From NCBI GenBank assembly GCA_010356995.1, contig ML996694.1, forward strand, positions 495,224-559,223: a stretch of 64,000 nt of DNA. Direction: 5' to 3'. Position numbers and translations under genes: made by a program. This stretch comes from Trichodelitschia bisporula (lineage: Eukaryota). Shown here one piece after another: positions 12,145 to 24,859 of the stretch. Every line of letters starts with the position of its first letter. Positions within the stretch are counted from its first letter, which is position 1. Under the pieces are notes generated by a model. That model did not search any database. It saw nothing but the letters and a program-made list of their open reading frames with translations, and was not told where the DNA came from.

Positions 12145-15100
12145 CTATCCCGAACTCCCAGCCGATCCCCCGCTTTTAACTTTCTTCATAACGAGGCCAA
12201 CATCTGCATCGTCACCGTCAAAGCTTTCGTCACTGCTCAGCCCATCTGGCTCCCCTTCATAATCGCCAACACCCATTCCGCGTAGACTCTCATCCACATC
12301 TTGAATGTCTACCTCGCTCATAACCGCTGAAATCGCGCCACCTGTCTCTCCTCCTTTCGTTTCGGCTACTCTCTCTTGGGCTGCTGCTTCGGCAGCTGCA
12401 GCTGCAGCCTGGCGCTGCGCGAGTCGGGCTGCGAACTGACGGCGTGCGCGCGTGGGGACTTGCAATGGAAGTGGTTTGGAGAGGGTGTCAATTGAAGACT
12501 TAGTAGCCGACTATTTAGGACGAAAATCATGTCAGCCAATATACCTGAAGGGTGTGCGGAGGTGGTAGGGGGGTCAAGCACCGAGAGAAATATGGCACAC
12601 AACCGGGAGACGAAGAGTGCAGCGATAGAGCGAGAACAATGGGGCCTCCGTTCCCAATCTTTCTATATGTGGCATGAATGGGTTGCTTTCGCTCTACGAA
12701 ATGTAGTTTCGCGCATGGGTATGCTGCTATAGCTGGACATGTAGAGAACTGAAAGACATGAGGAGGAGACCCTTGAGGTCTCGAAGAAAAATGAGGAGGT
12801 ACCATGCCACATTTACAATCCCCATATTCCTCCCCTTTACAACAGATGACATGAAAAGGAGTGGGACATAGGGTAGACAAATAAGCAGTGGACATAAGTG
12901 GAGGGGAATCAGAGGCACTCATTGACATCGTCTCCCGGCAGGGAAAAAGCATGAACACAGACTCTCGTGTTGACTGTGTGAGTAAGCGAAGGAGGTGATT
13001 ATGGATATCCCATATCAATATCTTCAAAGGAAAGTTCACCCACTTGTTCCGAGTCATCGACGGGCAAAGTCTGCCGTGGCAATTCGCCATCGTCCATCTC
13101 CTCATCCTCCTCGTCACTTGAACCTTGGCTGAATCCGCTCAAAAGGCTATTTCCGCTAAACGGATAGTTGCCGGGTGTTGATCCTCCCGTGTTCGCCAGA
13201 TCAGCACTGTCCAGGCCTAGTGATACAGTGCTCGTAAGGTTTACGAGTGGGGACGCGCCGCCAAAGCTGTGAGCTGCGTTCACTGCGTTCAATACGGCCG
13301 CGCGAGTACCGCCGTTCACATCTGGCCGTACACCGCCAAGAATTGCGTTGTCACGCTCACGCGTTTCAGCGAGTGTGTGCTCGACATAGTGAACCCAAGT
13401 CGGGCTCACTACTTTGTCGACCACAGCTTGCGATAACTGCTCGGGTGCATGCCTCTCGGTGAACTTGACGACCTCCTCGGCGATGAGCGTGATATGCCCC
13501 ATGTATCCCAGCCGCATGTTTGACTCCGCCTGTGCCTTGTCGCTAGCTTCTTGGCCCTCGACAATCCGTTCTGTGATGCGTCCAGTTTGAAAAAGATCAA
13601 TGGCCAGGGAGCGATTAAAGCCTCGGGAAAGCGCAGCGTTGAACACTTGCTGAACTACATCGTACACAACGTTATGCAGGAAGTTGTTCCAAGGGAAACG
13701 GAAGAAAAAGTCCTAGATCACTGTAAGATAGGAGTGATTGGATCAGCTCAACAACTCACCAGAATGGTTGGAACGACCCGATGTTTGACGAACATCATTT
13801 TTAGCAAATCCCCAACGACCGGCCGACCATCGATATCAATCTCGTACGGAGTGGTGACCTCCTCGACAGGCGCCTTTCCGTCATCGACATCAGATGTGGG
13901 CAATGCGGAAGAGGGTTTCTCTGGCGACAGTGAGCGTTTTCCGGCAAACAGAGGAGCCGGTCTATCGTCGGCCCGAGGAGAAAGATCGCCACTATTAGAT
14001 GGGGGAGATGTCTCTGAAGAAGAGGTATTAGGAATGGTGCTCTGAGTGAGAGCGTGTAAACTGACCAATGTCTCCAACGACCGCTGAACTTGTCTCACTC
14101 TCCGACTCCTGCATGATTGTGTCGGTATCCAGATCTACCGAACCAAGTCTTGCGGTAAGACCCGTGGACGTCGGGGAGTTGGCATTCGTGGCCAAGTCAC
14201 CTTCTAACTTTGACGAACTGACTTCATCGGGCGCCTGTGGGGCGGTACGCTTTCGCGGAGAAAGCGGAGGCTCGATAAGATCATCATCGGATTTCTCCAG
14301 TTCCCTAGGCTTGACCTTGGGAGATCTTTCCAGAGGTACCCCGACAATAGCATCCGGTTCATCGAGGTCATCTTTGATATCGTCACCAAGGACTTCAGAC
14401 GCTGTAACGTTTTCGAACTCTTCTTCGCTATTGGTTGGGAGGTCCTGGCGTTTGATTTCTTCTGGAGAATCGGCTGAAATTGACGGAGCTGATGCAAAAT
14501 GGAACCCCGAGCTGTCCACACTTGTTCCGAATTCATTGACGGGATTTTCCCTTGAAGGTCCTAGCTTTCCCTCAGCCTTTAACCGGGATCGTTCAACATC
14601 CCGTCTCTTGACTTCGTTCTCGCTGCCTCTCTCGTTAAGCAGCTGCATATTACTACAATGGAGAAGCTCGGCCATAAGTTCGCAGGTCTTGAAGCGATCG
14701 AAACCCAAAGGCTCGATCTTAGAGCCAAAGGCCACGCTAAGCTCCTTCTTTCGACTTGTCAACATGAGATGCATGAAATCCGGTACATGGTTCGCAAATT
14801 GGCGGAGCAATGTGCCAAGATATATAGGATCTGTCGACTTCGGAGTGGGACCGGTTTGGTTCTCGATGTCGTAATCGGAGTTGTTCTTGCGAATCACCTC
14901 GATTATGATACCAACACCAACCGTGAGTGGGTTCCCTCCTTGCAGCATGTCGGAGATGAGCTGCTTGACGCATTCCTCAGACACAAGTTCTCGTGTGAGT
15001 TCGTTCGGGCCGATGACGTTCGTATCGGGGGCGGTGGCGTTTGCGGAGATGGTTATGATGGCTTTGAGGAAATCTCCGGCAGATGTCTGCGTAGCGGCAC

Positions 15101-15905
15101 AACGATCGGGTGCGAGTAGAGAAAGTAAGAGAGGGATCAGCCCTTGCGATTGCAACCACTGATAAGAATTAGCGTTATGTCCTCGTAAGTATGAGCATTC
15201 TTAACTCACATCTACAATCCCCTGGCCACCCTCATTGCGCTCCAGGCTAATGATTTTGAGTAGTAAGTCCATTATGACCGGGCAGTCGACGTGTTTGAGC
15301 ATATCTTCCACCACATTGTCTATTGACTTAAAAATATCCAACATCTCTTCCGTCTTCTTGTCCAGAAGTGACTCGTTGACCTTGGTGAAGTACCCAGCCT
15401 GGAGTGGGTCCAGCGGCGGCTCTTGCTTCAAATATTCCCAGAACTTGCGCAAAGTTTCACGATTCTCGAGCAGGGCGTCGGCGATGGACCAGACCTCCGA
15501 TGAAAGTACCTCACAGGCAACAAACGCGTACTTCAGGCGCTGCTTCTCTTCTTTGCTTTCGTCTTCGCCGGGATCAGATTTCGTCAAGGACTTGGACCGT
15601 GACCGACGTCGCCTACTAAAGAAGCTGTTCAGTGGGCCGCCGCCGCTTGTGTCCTCATCTTCTGGCTCCGGACTGGGTTGCAGTTGCTGTTGGTCATCCT
15701 CGGAGTTCTTTGGAGCGATCACGTATTGAAGCAAACGCTCCAGCACGTATTCCTCCCGGAGAATTTCCAGTAACTTGGCGTTCTGCTGCTTCAACTCCTG
15801 TATGAGATCTGCATCATCGAGAAGCTCCTCAACAGTAACATTGGGCTTTTCGAGAAGCGTGTGTAGCGAGGAAATACTTGTGTATCCCCCAAACCGCCAG
15901 AACAT
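12145..15905 (-). CDS. SAP190: SIT4 phosphatase-associated protein (SAP155/185/190, PPP6R family)
   Basis: MFWRFGG start, PLGFDRFKTCELMAELLHCSNM, FFRFPWNNFLHNVVYD, RLGYMGHITLIAEEVVKF. Exons 15905-15210, 15158-14066, 14013-13760, 13712-13044, 12510-12145. The retained-intron form stops at 12999. Confidence 0.92.
12511..13043 (-). other. 533-nt structured, probably alternatively processed terminal intron of the SAP190-like gene
   Basis: Donor GTGGGT at 13043, branch GCTGAC at 12536-12531, acceptor TAG at 12511, phase-0 join SEQ|SATKSS. Inverted repeats at 12603-12613/12928-12938, 12615-12620/12915-12920, 12667-12676/12803-12812 and 12626-12639/12683-12696. Confidence 0.7.
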
Positions 15906-16602
15906 GGTGAAGAGATTAGGTGATATCCAGGCTAGAAACGCCGCAGTTAGGCGCTGGAGGGAAGGAGTGTGGACGAAGAAGTGGTGAACGTTGAAGTCCG
16001 ATAGGTATCATGCGAGCTGGATATGCCGAAGAGGAGGAGATGGTAAAAGAGGGGTCACAGCAAGTGTTGCGGGTGACGATCGTGGGGGTGGGTCGGCCTC
16101 GAAGGCTTGGAGGACACGCGGGGCTGCCGGTCGCTGGATCTCGGACACGTCGCGATAGAGCTTCCTGAGGGGAAGGAGGCGGTTGGAGATTGGAGAAATG
16201 GAGATGAACAGACGTGTGTATCCTGTGACTGACAGAAAGAAAATTAATTGGGAGGAAGTGGAGCAGCTTGAATGCTAAACATATGGCGGGGTCGACGGAG
16301 CCGTCAATGCTTTGCTTTTCGGTTGCCTCTTGGTGGATCGAAAGCGATGAATGACTAGGCGCTGGGCAGATGGCGGCACTGGGCACTTAGTCGCTGGTGC
16401 GCCTGCTGTTCGGCCGTTCAACGGTCATTGATAATCACGTGACTCGGGCTTGGTCGTGGGGTGACGGAAACCAGGCAGCGTCATTCCCCGTGAAAGGAGG
16501 AAGCAACCATTCTGCAAATCCTGTGCGCAAATTCAACCCAATACTCCGAACGGAAAACTCGGAAAGACATTCGACAGGTAGCATTTGATTGTCCTCCTCA
16601 CG

Positions 16603-17299
16603 ATGAACCGCCTCTTCGGCGCGAAAAGCAACGCACCAAAGCCGAGTCTGAACAGCGCCATATCCAATGTAAAACGACCTGTCCACCTGGCAACTTATGG
16701 AGCTAGCTAACCGCTGTTGGTAGGTCGATACCCGGATAGAAAGCATAGACGTCAAGCTCGCAAAGCTGAATGGCGAACTCACGGTCTACCAGCAGCGCCT
16801 GGCGAAGATGCGGGACGGTCCGGGCAAGACGGCCATCAAGCAAAAGGCCCTCAAGGTCCTGCAGCAGCGCAAAATGTACGAGTCACAACGCGATCAGCTG
16901 CAGCAACAGTCATGGAATATGGAGCAGGCGGGCATGATGCAAGATAATCTCAAGAACACAATGGTGACGGTTGATGCCATGAAGTCCACGACAAAGGAGC
17001 TGCGGAAACAGTATGGCAAAGTCAACATTGATCAGATCGAGCGGCTCCAGGACGAAATGGCAGACCTCATGGACATGGGAAACGACATTCAGGAGAGCAT
17101 CAGCAGGAGTTACGATGTGCCGGAGGACGTGGACGAAGCAGAGCTGGATGCCGAGTTGGAAGCGCTGGGTGAAGAGGTTGCCCTGGAGGGAATTGGGGAG
17201 AGCGAGTCGATGCCGGGTTTCCTTATGGATGAGACAGCGCCCCCACAGTTTATCGACGAGCCTCCAGAACCAGCAAAGGTCAAGGAAGCTGCTGGCTGA
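16603..17299 (+). CDS. VPS60: ESCRT-III associated Vps60 / CHMP5 (Snf7 family)
   Basis: MNRLFGAK start, KQKALKVLQQRKMYE, SRSYDVPEDVDEAELDAELEALG; one intron (~16669-16723). Confidence 0.95.
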
Positions 17300-18608
17300 A
17301 CATGACCTCACTCAGCGACTCAAGCCACTTCCCGCTGCGAATATCTAGGAGCTAGCCAGGCGCCTGCTGCCCACTATCACACTTCTACGATATAACTCAA
17401 TACCCCCTGTCCAGACCTTGCTCTGTCCTGCGTCTTATCGGCACCTTATTCGCTGGTCGAATATACCAAGATACCCGCAATCCTTAATCATGCATTCTTG
17501 GAAGTGGGATTTGGGCTTTGTGCACGATGGTACCATGTAGTTTATCCGGCCCCTGTCCACATTCGGTCTGTGAATACACTTCCGGGATAATGGTCAAGTT
17601 CCTGGAACAGCAGATCTGCTTGGAATCTTTGTCTGGACATATTATTTCACCTGTGCCTGAATTCCCTCTTGCCGTCAACCACATTATGTCACAAGGACAT
17701 ACGATCAACTGTAACGGATATGTAACTGATGCTCTGAATCATTGCCTCCCACCGCCAAGTGTCGCCAAACGGACGTAAGCACGAGGCAATAACATGTGCG
17801 AAATCCGGGAAAGTTATAAGCCAAGCAACTCCACCGGCGAACGGTAGACGGCAGAAGCTCTAAATCGTGGTGGAACTTGGTGAGGTTCATATAAAAAGAC
17901 TCCGTGCGCCAGGCCATGGTTGTTGCTTTTTTGGCGGGGAAGATAGCCAAGTACAGTACCGTACCCCTCATCGGATTGCCCAGTATCAAGTACATGTGTG
18001 GCGGAAAAGGTGCGGCAACGCGCGCAACCTCTGAAGCAGGCAAATTTGGGCAGGTCATGGGGTAAGAAGTCGAGACCGTGATTAGAACTTCAGCCGGCTC
18101 AAATGTGATCAGCTGCCGACGCCCACTCCTACCCCAAAGCTGGCTTCGGCTTCCGAAGCTCGGTGTAGGCAGAAATGGACCAAGGGCCAGAAAGCGCCCT
18201 TCCCCAGAGCCGAGGAGCCCGCGTCGGAGTCGGATGGAGTTCATGACACCGGTTGCCGCATATTTTTTTCCCCGGTTGCCCCTTCGAACTCTAGTCAAAG
18301 CATCTGTTTAACTTCCAACGAGCGTTTTACCGATCCGGCCTTTCTTGTTCTTCTGGAAGGAACATGAGCTTGCATTTATCCAGCGCCTCCTTCCACCTTA
18401 CACTTCAATTACCAATTTCCGCTTTCTGCTTATAAACTCGGATCGAGAAGACAACCGACCGTCATCCGAACCCCGAGACTCGACATATTTAAAGCATACT
18501 ACTACTTTGTAAGCGCGTACCATTATCGGCTCATATATCCGCTTTCGACACTCGTCTTCCAACCACTTCCTCCGAGAAACTAGACTGAAGACTCTCCACA
18601 TCCAAGAC

Positions 18609-19378
18609 ATGCCTCACATCAACCCCGCCCCCACCAATGGCGTCAACGGCTCTGCCAAAGTCGCACAATTTGACACAATAGAAGATACAATAGAAGCATT
18701 CGGTACCTAGCCACACCTTACGCCCCAGTCACAAGAGCTAACCCGCCAGCCCGTGGCGAATTCGTCGTAGTTTTAGACAGCACCTCACGCGAGAACGAGG
18801 GCGACCTCATAATTGCCGCCGAAGATGCCACGCCCGAGAAGCTCTCTTTCATGATCCGCTATACATCCGGCTACATTTGCGCTCCGATACCGGAGTCGCG
18901 CGCCATCGAGCTCGAGCTCCCGCAGATGGTCACCACAAACCGCGACCCGCTGCTCACTGCCTACTGCATCACCGTCGACGCCATCGGCCCAAACCTCACA
19001 ACAGGCATTTCGGCATACGACCGCGCATACACGGCCCGCATGCTCGCAGATCCCACCATCCGTCCTATTGACTTCCGCCGTCCCGGCCATGTTCTGCCGC
19101 TGCAGGCTCGTGAGGGAGGTGTTCGTGTGCGCCAGGGACATACTGAGGCGGGTATCGAGCTGTGTCGCTTGGCTGGGAAGCGGCCTGCAGCGTTGCTGTG
19201 CGAGATGGTTCTAGATGGACAGGCGGTTCCGGGACGCGCGGAGATGGTGGGTGGTGGGATGATGCGGAGGGACGATTGCCTGGCGTTTGGGAAGCAGTTC
19301 GGATTACGGGTCTGTACGATTGAGGATATGGTGGAGTATGTGGAGCGGACGGAGGGCAAATTGGGGTCGTCAAGTTAG
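18609..19378 (+). CDS. RIB3: 3,4-dihydroxy-2-butanone 4-phosphate synthase
   Basis: FDTIEDTIEAF, RENEGDLI, YTSGYICAP, TTGISAYDR, FRRPGHVLPL, RQGHTEA; one intron (~18703-18749). Confidence 0.96.
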
Positions 19379-20249
19379 AAGGCAAATATTCGGTTGGGAA
19401 TGGGGAACGGGTCTCTGGATTGGCGTACGTGAGGCATTGTCAGTACGAATGAATTGCTTGCTACTTGACCATTTTGCTCTTTTCGGGACATATCATTTTG
19501 CTTGCAGTATTGCAGGTAAGAGCGTTCAGACGGTAGTGAACTTGAACGGGGCTGAAAGCGTCCTGTGCCGTCACGAGATGGCTGACTGACTTGGGAGTCT
19601 ACTACATGAAGGGGTATTATCATTCATTGAACAACGGTGTCATTCTGTCTGTCTCAAGGCACAGAAATGGAATTTAGAATGGCCAAAAATACAAGCGACA
19701 ACCACCAACACTGCAAATCATCCTAGTCTGATTGTATAAACCACCACTGTTCCCTCAAATGTGGGCCATGTAGGCGGAATTGATGGTAGAGCGTCCGGCC
19801 TCTCGCCATTGTAATAGGGCACGATTAGAGGAAAGACATGTAACAAGGCGAGCACATGGGAAGAAAAGGCCACGGCGTGTACTTGCTATAGCTGTGAGGT
19901 TGGCTCCGTGACGCGGAAGACGGCTTCGGCTGCAGAGTCAGGCATCCCATTGTCCGATATTGCCATACCCAGCAAGCAGGCACCAAGGCCGAAATGTTGC
20001 CGCCTGAATGGAGTACGTCAGACCTCCGCCTCTCAACTCTACGTTCGGGCTGTGTTGCCGCTTGTGAACCGGACCGCAAATGGCCAGCCTATCTCTTGAA
20101 TTCGTTGCATAGATAGCTGCAAAGACTGATCAACTCCACGTTCATTTTGCATCCATCTCCCCGTCCCCTCGATCAAGCTTCTGGCCGTCATCCGAACGCA
20201 ACCTCCACCTATACTACCCTAGACACGGCCTGGTGCTTAAGATTCCACG

Positions 20250-22415
20250 ATGTGGGAGGGCGATGAAGATAACAACCCGTATGGGAGCTTCGACCGTGAT
20301 ACTTCATCAGCCTATGATCCCAACCTAGCTTCTCCTGATGCCGGTATGGTATTCCCTTCGCATGCGCGTGGTCAGCTACTCACATTGCAAGCAACATATC
20401 ACCCCCATAGCCCCTCGTCCGACATATCCTCCCCCCGGAACGAGTCTCCAGAACTGGTCGCACACCCCCAAGATCTGAGCGATGTTGAATACGATGAGGA
20501 GCAAGCACGACAGGGCCAGAGAGAACCCCGAAAGGGCGCGTACAACAGCCGCATTGAGCAGATTCTTTACGAGAATCCCGACCTCCCCATACTCATCACC
20601 TATGCCGGGAAGAATCCGGAAAGTGGAGGAAGCTTTATCACCTACACTGTCAAAACTGGGGTTCGTCAGGCGTCCATGTCTAGCTTCTATTGAGTTGACC
20701 GCTTGTAGGACTTGGAAGTGCGTCGGCGGTATTCGGAGTTTGCGTCTTTGCGCCAGACTTTAGTCAACTTGCACCCCACACTCATTATTCCTCCCATCCC
20801 TGAAAAGCATACTATGGCAGACTATGCCGCAAAGCCAACCAAGGCCAAGGAAGACGCAGGCATTATCGAATTGCGAAAACGGATGCTGGCGGTTTTCTTA
20901 AACCGCTGCAGACGCATGAATCAGGTGAGAGAGGATGACGTGTGGTGGAGATTTCTGGATCCGAATGTCAGCTGGGTAAGGCGATGCGATCCTCTTGTTA
21001 AGCTGGTATGAGATTCTAACTGTGCATCTATCGCAAGAACGAGGTTCTCCACACGCCGCCCGCTTCGTTGATCCCCAAGCAGATTCTGAAGGCCCCACCT
21101 CTCAACCCGGCCAACCCAAAGCCTGGTCATGCTTTTCTTCCGATACCATCAGCATCTGCCAAGCTGAAGGCATCCGGCAGCACTACATCGACAGGAATGC
21201 CTACATCCCCGCCTGCCCATGCCGCCATGCCTTCTGCTGCCGCGCATACTACACCTGGACCACAATTCCTCCGGTTCCCACCAACTTCACAGAACTTGTC
21301 GGAAGAAGACCTGGATCCTTACTTCGTGAATTTCGAGTCTTCGTCGAAAGAACTGGAGAATCTTCTGCAAGGAAGCATGGAAAGGTTGAACCGAAGGTTT
21401 CTGAGTCACTATGCCCAAATTGCGGATGATATGTCCGACCTGGGAGCACGGTACAATGGGTTCTCTTTATCGGAGCAAGCTCCAAGCCTAGCTGCTGCAA
21501 TCGAAAAGACTGGCCAGGCTGTCGACAGCACGTACATTGCTACAGGGGAACTCTCATCCCAACTCAGCGCCAATTTTGCGGAACCTATGCGAGAGAATGC
21601 GCAGTTCGCTGGCGTCGTTCGCAGCGTTTTGCGCTACCGCGTCCTAAAGCGCGTTCAGGAAGAAATGACAGCGGACGAGCTGAACAGGAAGCGAGCCCAG
21701 CTCGCACAACTCCGCGAACAGGAGGAGCAATCCCAACGCATGAGCTCGACTTTGAGCCATTATTCAGCTCCACCGCCCAAAACACCTCGCCGCTCCTTAT
21801 CTTCGGCCTCACGGACAAGCACAGAGCGCTCCCGAGCTGAAGACGACGTTGAATCCGTTGACTCTGACTTTCCTCCGACCCATGGAGATCTCACGCCGCC
21901 CTCGGCTAGTCAAGGCACGTCGGAGGCAGCTACTCCCGGCACTAATCATAAAAAGAGCTCGAGCGGGAACTTCATCTCGAATAAGATATTCGGCCGCCTC
22001 AATCATGCTTTTCAAGGGATCGTTGACTCTGATCCTGTTAAAAGCAGGCAGGACCTGATCGGTAAAACGAGCGAGCAGGTCAAGCAGGTCAGCTTGGCAT
22101 ACTAGATCCTTTCGATCGTTGCTAACGTGCGCTGCAGCTTGAGCAAGCCCTTGTGGTTTCACATGTTGATGTCAAGGAAGCCAGCGCAGACGTTCTTAAG
22201 GACTTGAAGAGATTCCAAGTTGAGAAGGAAGAGGATCTGAAACGGTACATGGTGAGGGACTCTTCTTATACGCATTTGCTTTGCTGGACTGACCTAATAT
22301 GGTGCAGATTGCATTTGCCAAATGTCACATCGACTGGGCAAGACGGAATCAAGCGGCCTGGGAAGAGGCGAAGGCTGAAGTGGGGAACATTGAACCGAGT
22401 CACTCAAGAGAGTAA
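20250..22415 (+). CDS. SNX41: PX-BAR sorting nexin 41 (Snx41/Atg20 family)
   Basis: PX domain (VRRRYSEFASLRQTL..HPTLIIPPIPEKH) and a BAR-like helical region; 5 introns; ends WEEAKAEVGNIEPSHSRE*. Confidence 0.88.
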
Positions 22416-22853
22416 ACTCCCGTTTCCCCCACCTGGAGACCACCATCGACGAGCTTGCTCCCATCAGCTAAAGTTCCGGGACCCCAATGATATGGTGTTA
22501 TCGATCTATTCATCGTGCCCATTTTCCACTTTATACCCCCAATGTACGTTTTGTTTCCCCTGATGGTCCCACACGAGCGATGGGCTGTGACACAATGCCG
22601 GATATTTAGAAGCTTCTGAGGTAAACATTATCAATCTTCATGATCCGCATGACCCAACCATCTAGTCCTTAGTCTTCCGACGTACTTACACTGGGAAACT
22701 ATCATTACACTGCTTCCTGTTCTATGCGTAGCAAAGGGCTAGACGCAAACTTCCATATCGTGAAACCCCAGCTGAATACGCCATTGAACCGAGTATCAAA
22801 GACGCCAATACCAATGTTAAACGGTAGATGCCGTCATTTTGAGCTCTCTTAGA

Positions 22854-23999
22854 TCAGTGGCCACCCGTGGTCGGAAGCTTCCGGAGTTAGTCAGATCAAA
22901 GTCTCATATGGGAAGTACCACTTACCCCAAGGTATACTTTGAATGTGTCATAAATAAGCCACTGAAGCCCTGTAAGTGTACCAATCATCACAATTCTGAC
23001 CGGAAGTCCGTTCCAGAGACCCTTGAACCCGATGTTGCCATAGAGCCTCGAAACCGCGGACAAAGCTCCCTCGCCAGCTAAAACGCGTCAGTTCTCATCG
23101 CAGTTATACCACTCGACTACTCACGCTTCCGATGGCTGTTCAGCTCCGACACCATGACATCAGCCGGGTGCGACACCACCGCCGCACCGATACCCGCAAT
23201 ATAGCCCCCGAGGAACGACACGCCCGTCTGCTGAATCGATGTATATGAGTCCTTGGGCTTGCCCATGAACTTGTAGATCTGCTCGACCGCCTTCTCAAAC
23301 GTCGCAAACTTGACCATGGTGTAGGGAATCTGCCTTCCCCACAGCGGGTAAATCCCTTTATACAACCCGCGCACGCCCTCTTCGCGAAACGCCCGTCTCA
23401 AGCCCTCGCGCAGCGTGTGTGCATAGGGCGGGACGGTGGTCTGCATGCGCACCTTGAGCGCCTCCCAGGGGCACAGCGCGATGTCGGCGAAGAATTCGGC
23501 ACTGGCGCTTGCGGCGAGGTACACGAGGGTTTTGTTGGTGTTGGGAAAGAGGCGCTCGCCATACGTGTATTTGAAGATCTCGTAGAAGCCGTATTTCCCT
23601 GCGCCTTGGAGGGAGTATCCAACCAGTGTTGGCGACCATCCCAGGAAGATGCCGCGTACACCCGAGGATTTCATGATGGCTCGGAAGCCGGCCATGTTGG
23701 AGGAGTACAGCTTGGGATCGACCTGACGCCGGGTTTTGACCTGTAGGTGTGAGTGAAGCTGGTTATGGGGTTCCTTTGCGTACTAAGCGGTACGTACGAG
23801 GTCCAGCGGCGTGATTGCTGTGTGCGTGGGGCCGCATGCTAGAGCCAGTTAGCATTCTGGTATGGGATATCCGGCCTTGTCATAGCAGCGTACCAATTAC
23901 TCCGCCGAGGGTGCATGCTGCAAAGTATGTGGGCGAGAAGGGCTCAATTCTGCCCTTACTAGGGTGTGGCATGCTCGGAATTTTAGATCGATCCATCAT
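22854..23999 (-). CDS. PIC2: Mitochondrial phosphate carrier (Pic2/Mir1 family, SLC25A3)
   Basis: [51 protein letters not shown]-terminal LPTTGGH*; 4 introns. Pic2 versus Mir1 assignment is tentative. Confidence 0.9.
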
Positions 24000-24859
24000 T
24001 GACTTGATTGAGAGAATGTAGGCTTCGGGTAAGGAGGAGGAGCAAGTCGTGTACTGTAGATGTTGACAAAGACAATCGGGGCACTCGAAACTTCCTACAA
24101 TAACAATGGCGCACGAAGAAAGAGAAGGAGATAAAGAGAAGGAAGCGTTATCTGTGATAACCAGAAAGAAGGATATGCAAGATGCTTTCAAGTGCTTATT
24201 AAGTGCGCCAATTGATATGCTGGGTGAAATGTCTCAAGCTTGCTCCATAGCCCGCCAAGTCGCGCAAGCCAGTGACGTAATGAAGGGTTCCGCATCCCCC
24301 TCCCACATGTCACTCCCCCGCTCATGCCGTCCCACGCAATCCCAAAGATCTCCTTTGATCAGCAGAGCGGAACCAGTTCCGGGTCTGGTTCAAAGCTTCA
24401 CCCAAAGATAACGTTACGGGATCCTCCTCAATGGCGTCAGGAAAAGTGTTACAAAACTGTATGTATTTGTATATAAATGTACCAAAGTGTGTCAACCCAT
24501 CTATAGACTCTCAGGATATTATCCCCCCCAGCTCCCAAAAAAGTCAAGCGAGACACCAGTTCCCTGCGTACGATGAGACAACACAGATCCAACCAGATAC
24601 CTTTCCTCCCACAACCTGCGAATGCTTCCGCCCAAGACCCCGAAACCGACGAATGCTCCTCATGTATATGCTTGAACAGACCTTAACCTCACCAGCTACC
24701 ATGCCATCTGTTTAGGCCAGCACCTGAGCAAAGATAAAGGAGTGGGGAAACGACACGCTAGAAAAAGGCCACCTATGCTCAACATTTGTCGACAGGCAAC
24801 ATAACACCGCCAAAATGCCATATCAACAACCACATCTAACCCATACCAGGACAAGTGGC

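Noticed and set aside
14014..14065. Apparent frameshift in the SAP190-like gene
   Set aside because: Explained by a canonical 52-nt intron (GTCAGT...CCTAAT...CAG); not a pseudogene or programmed frameshift.
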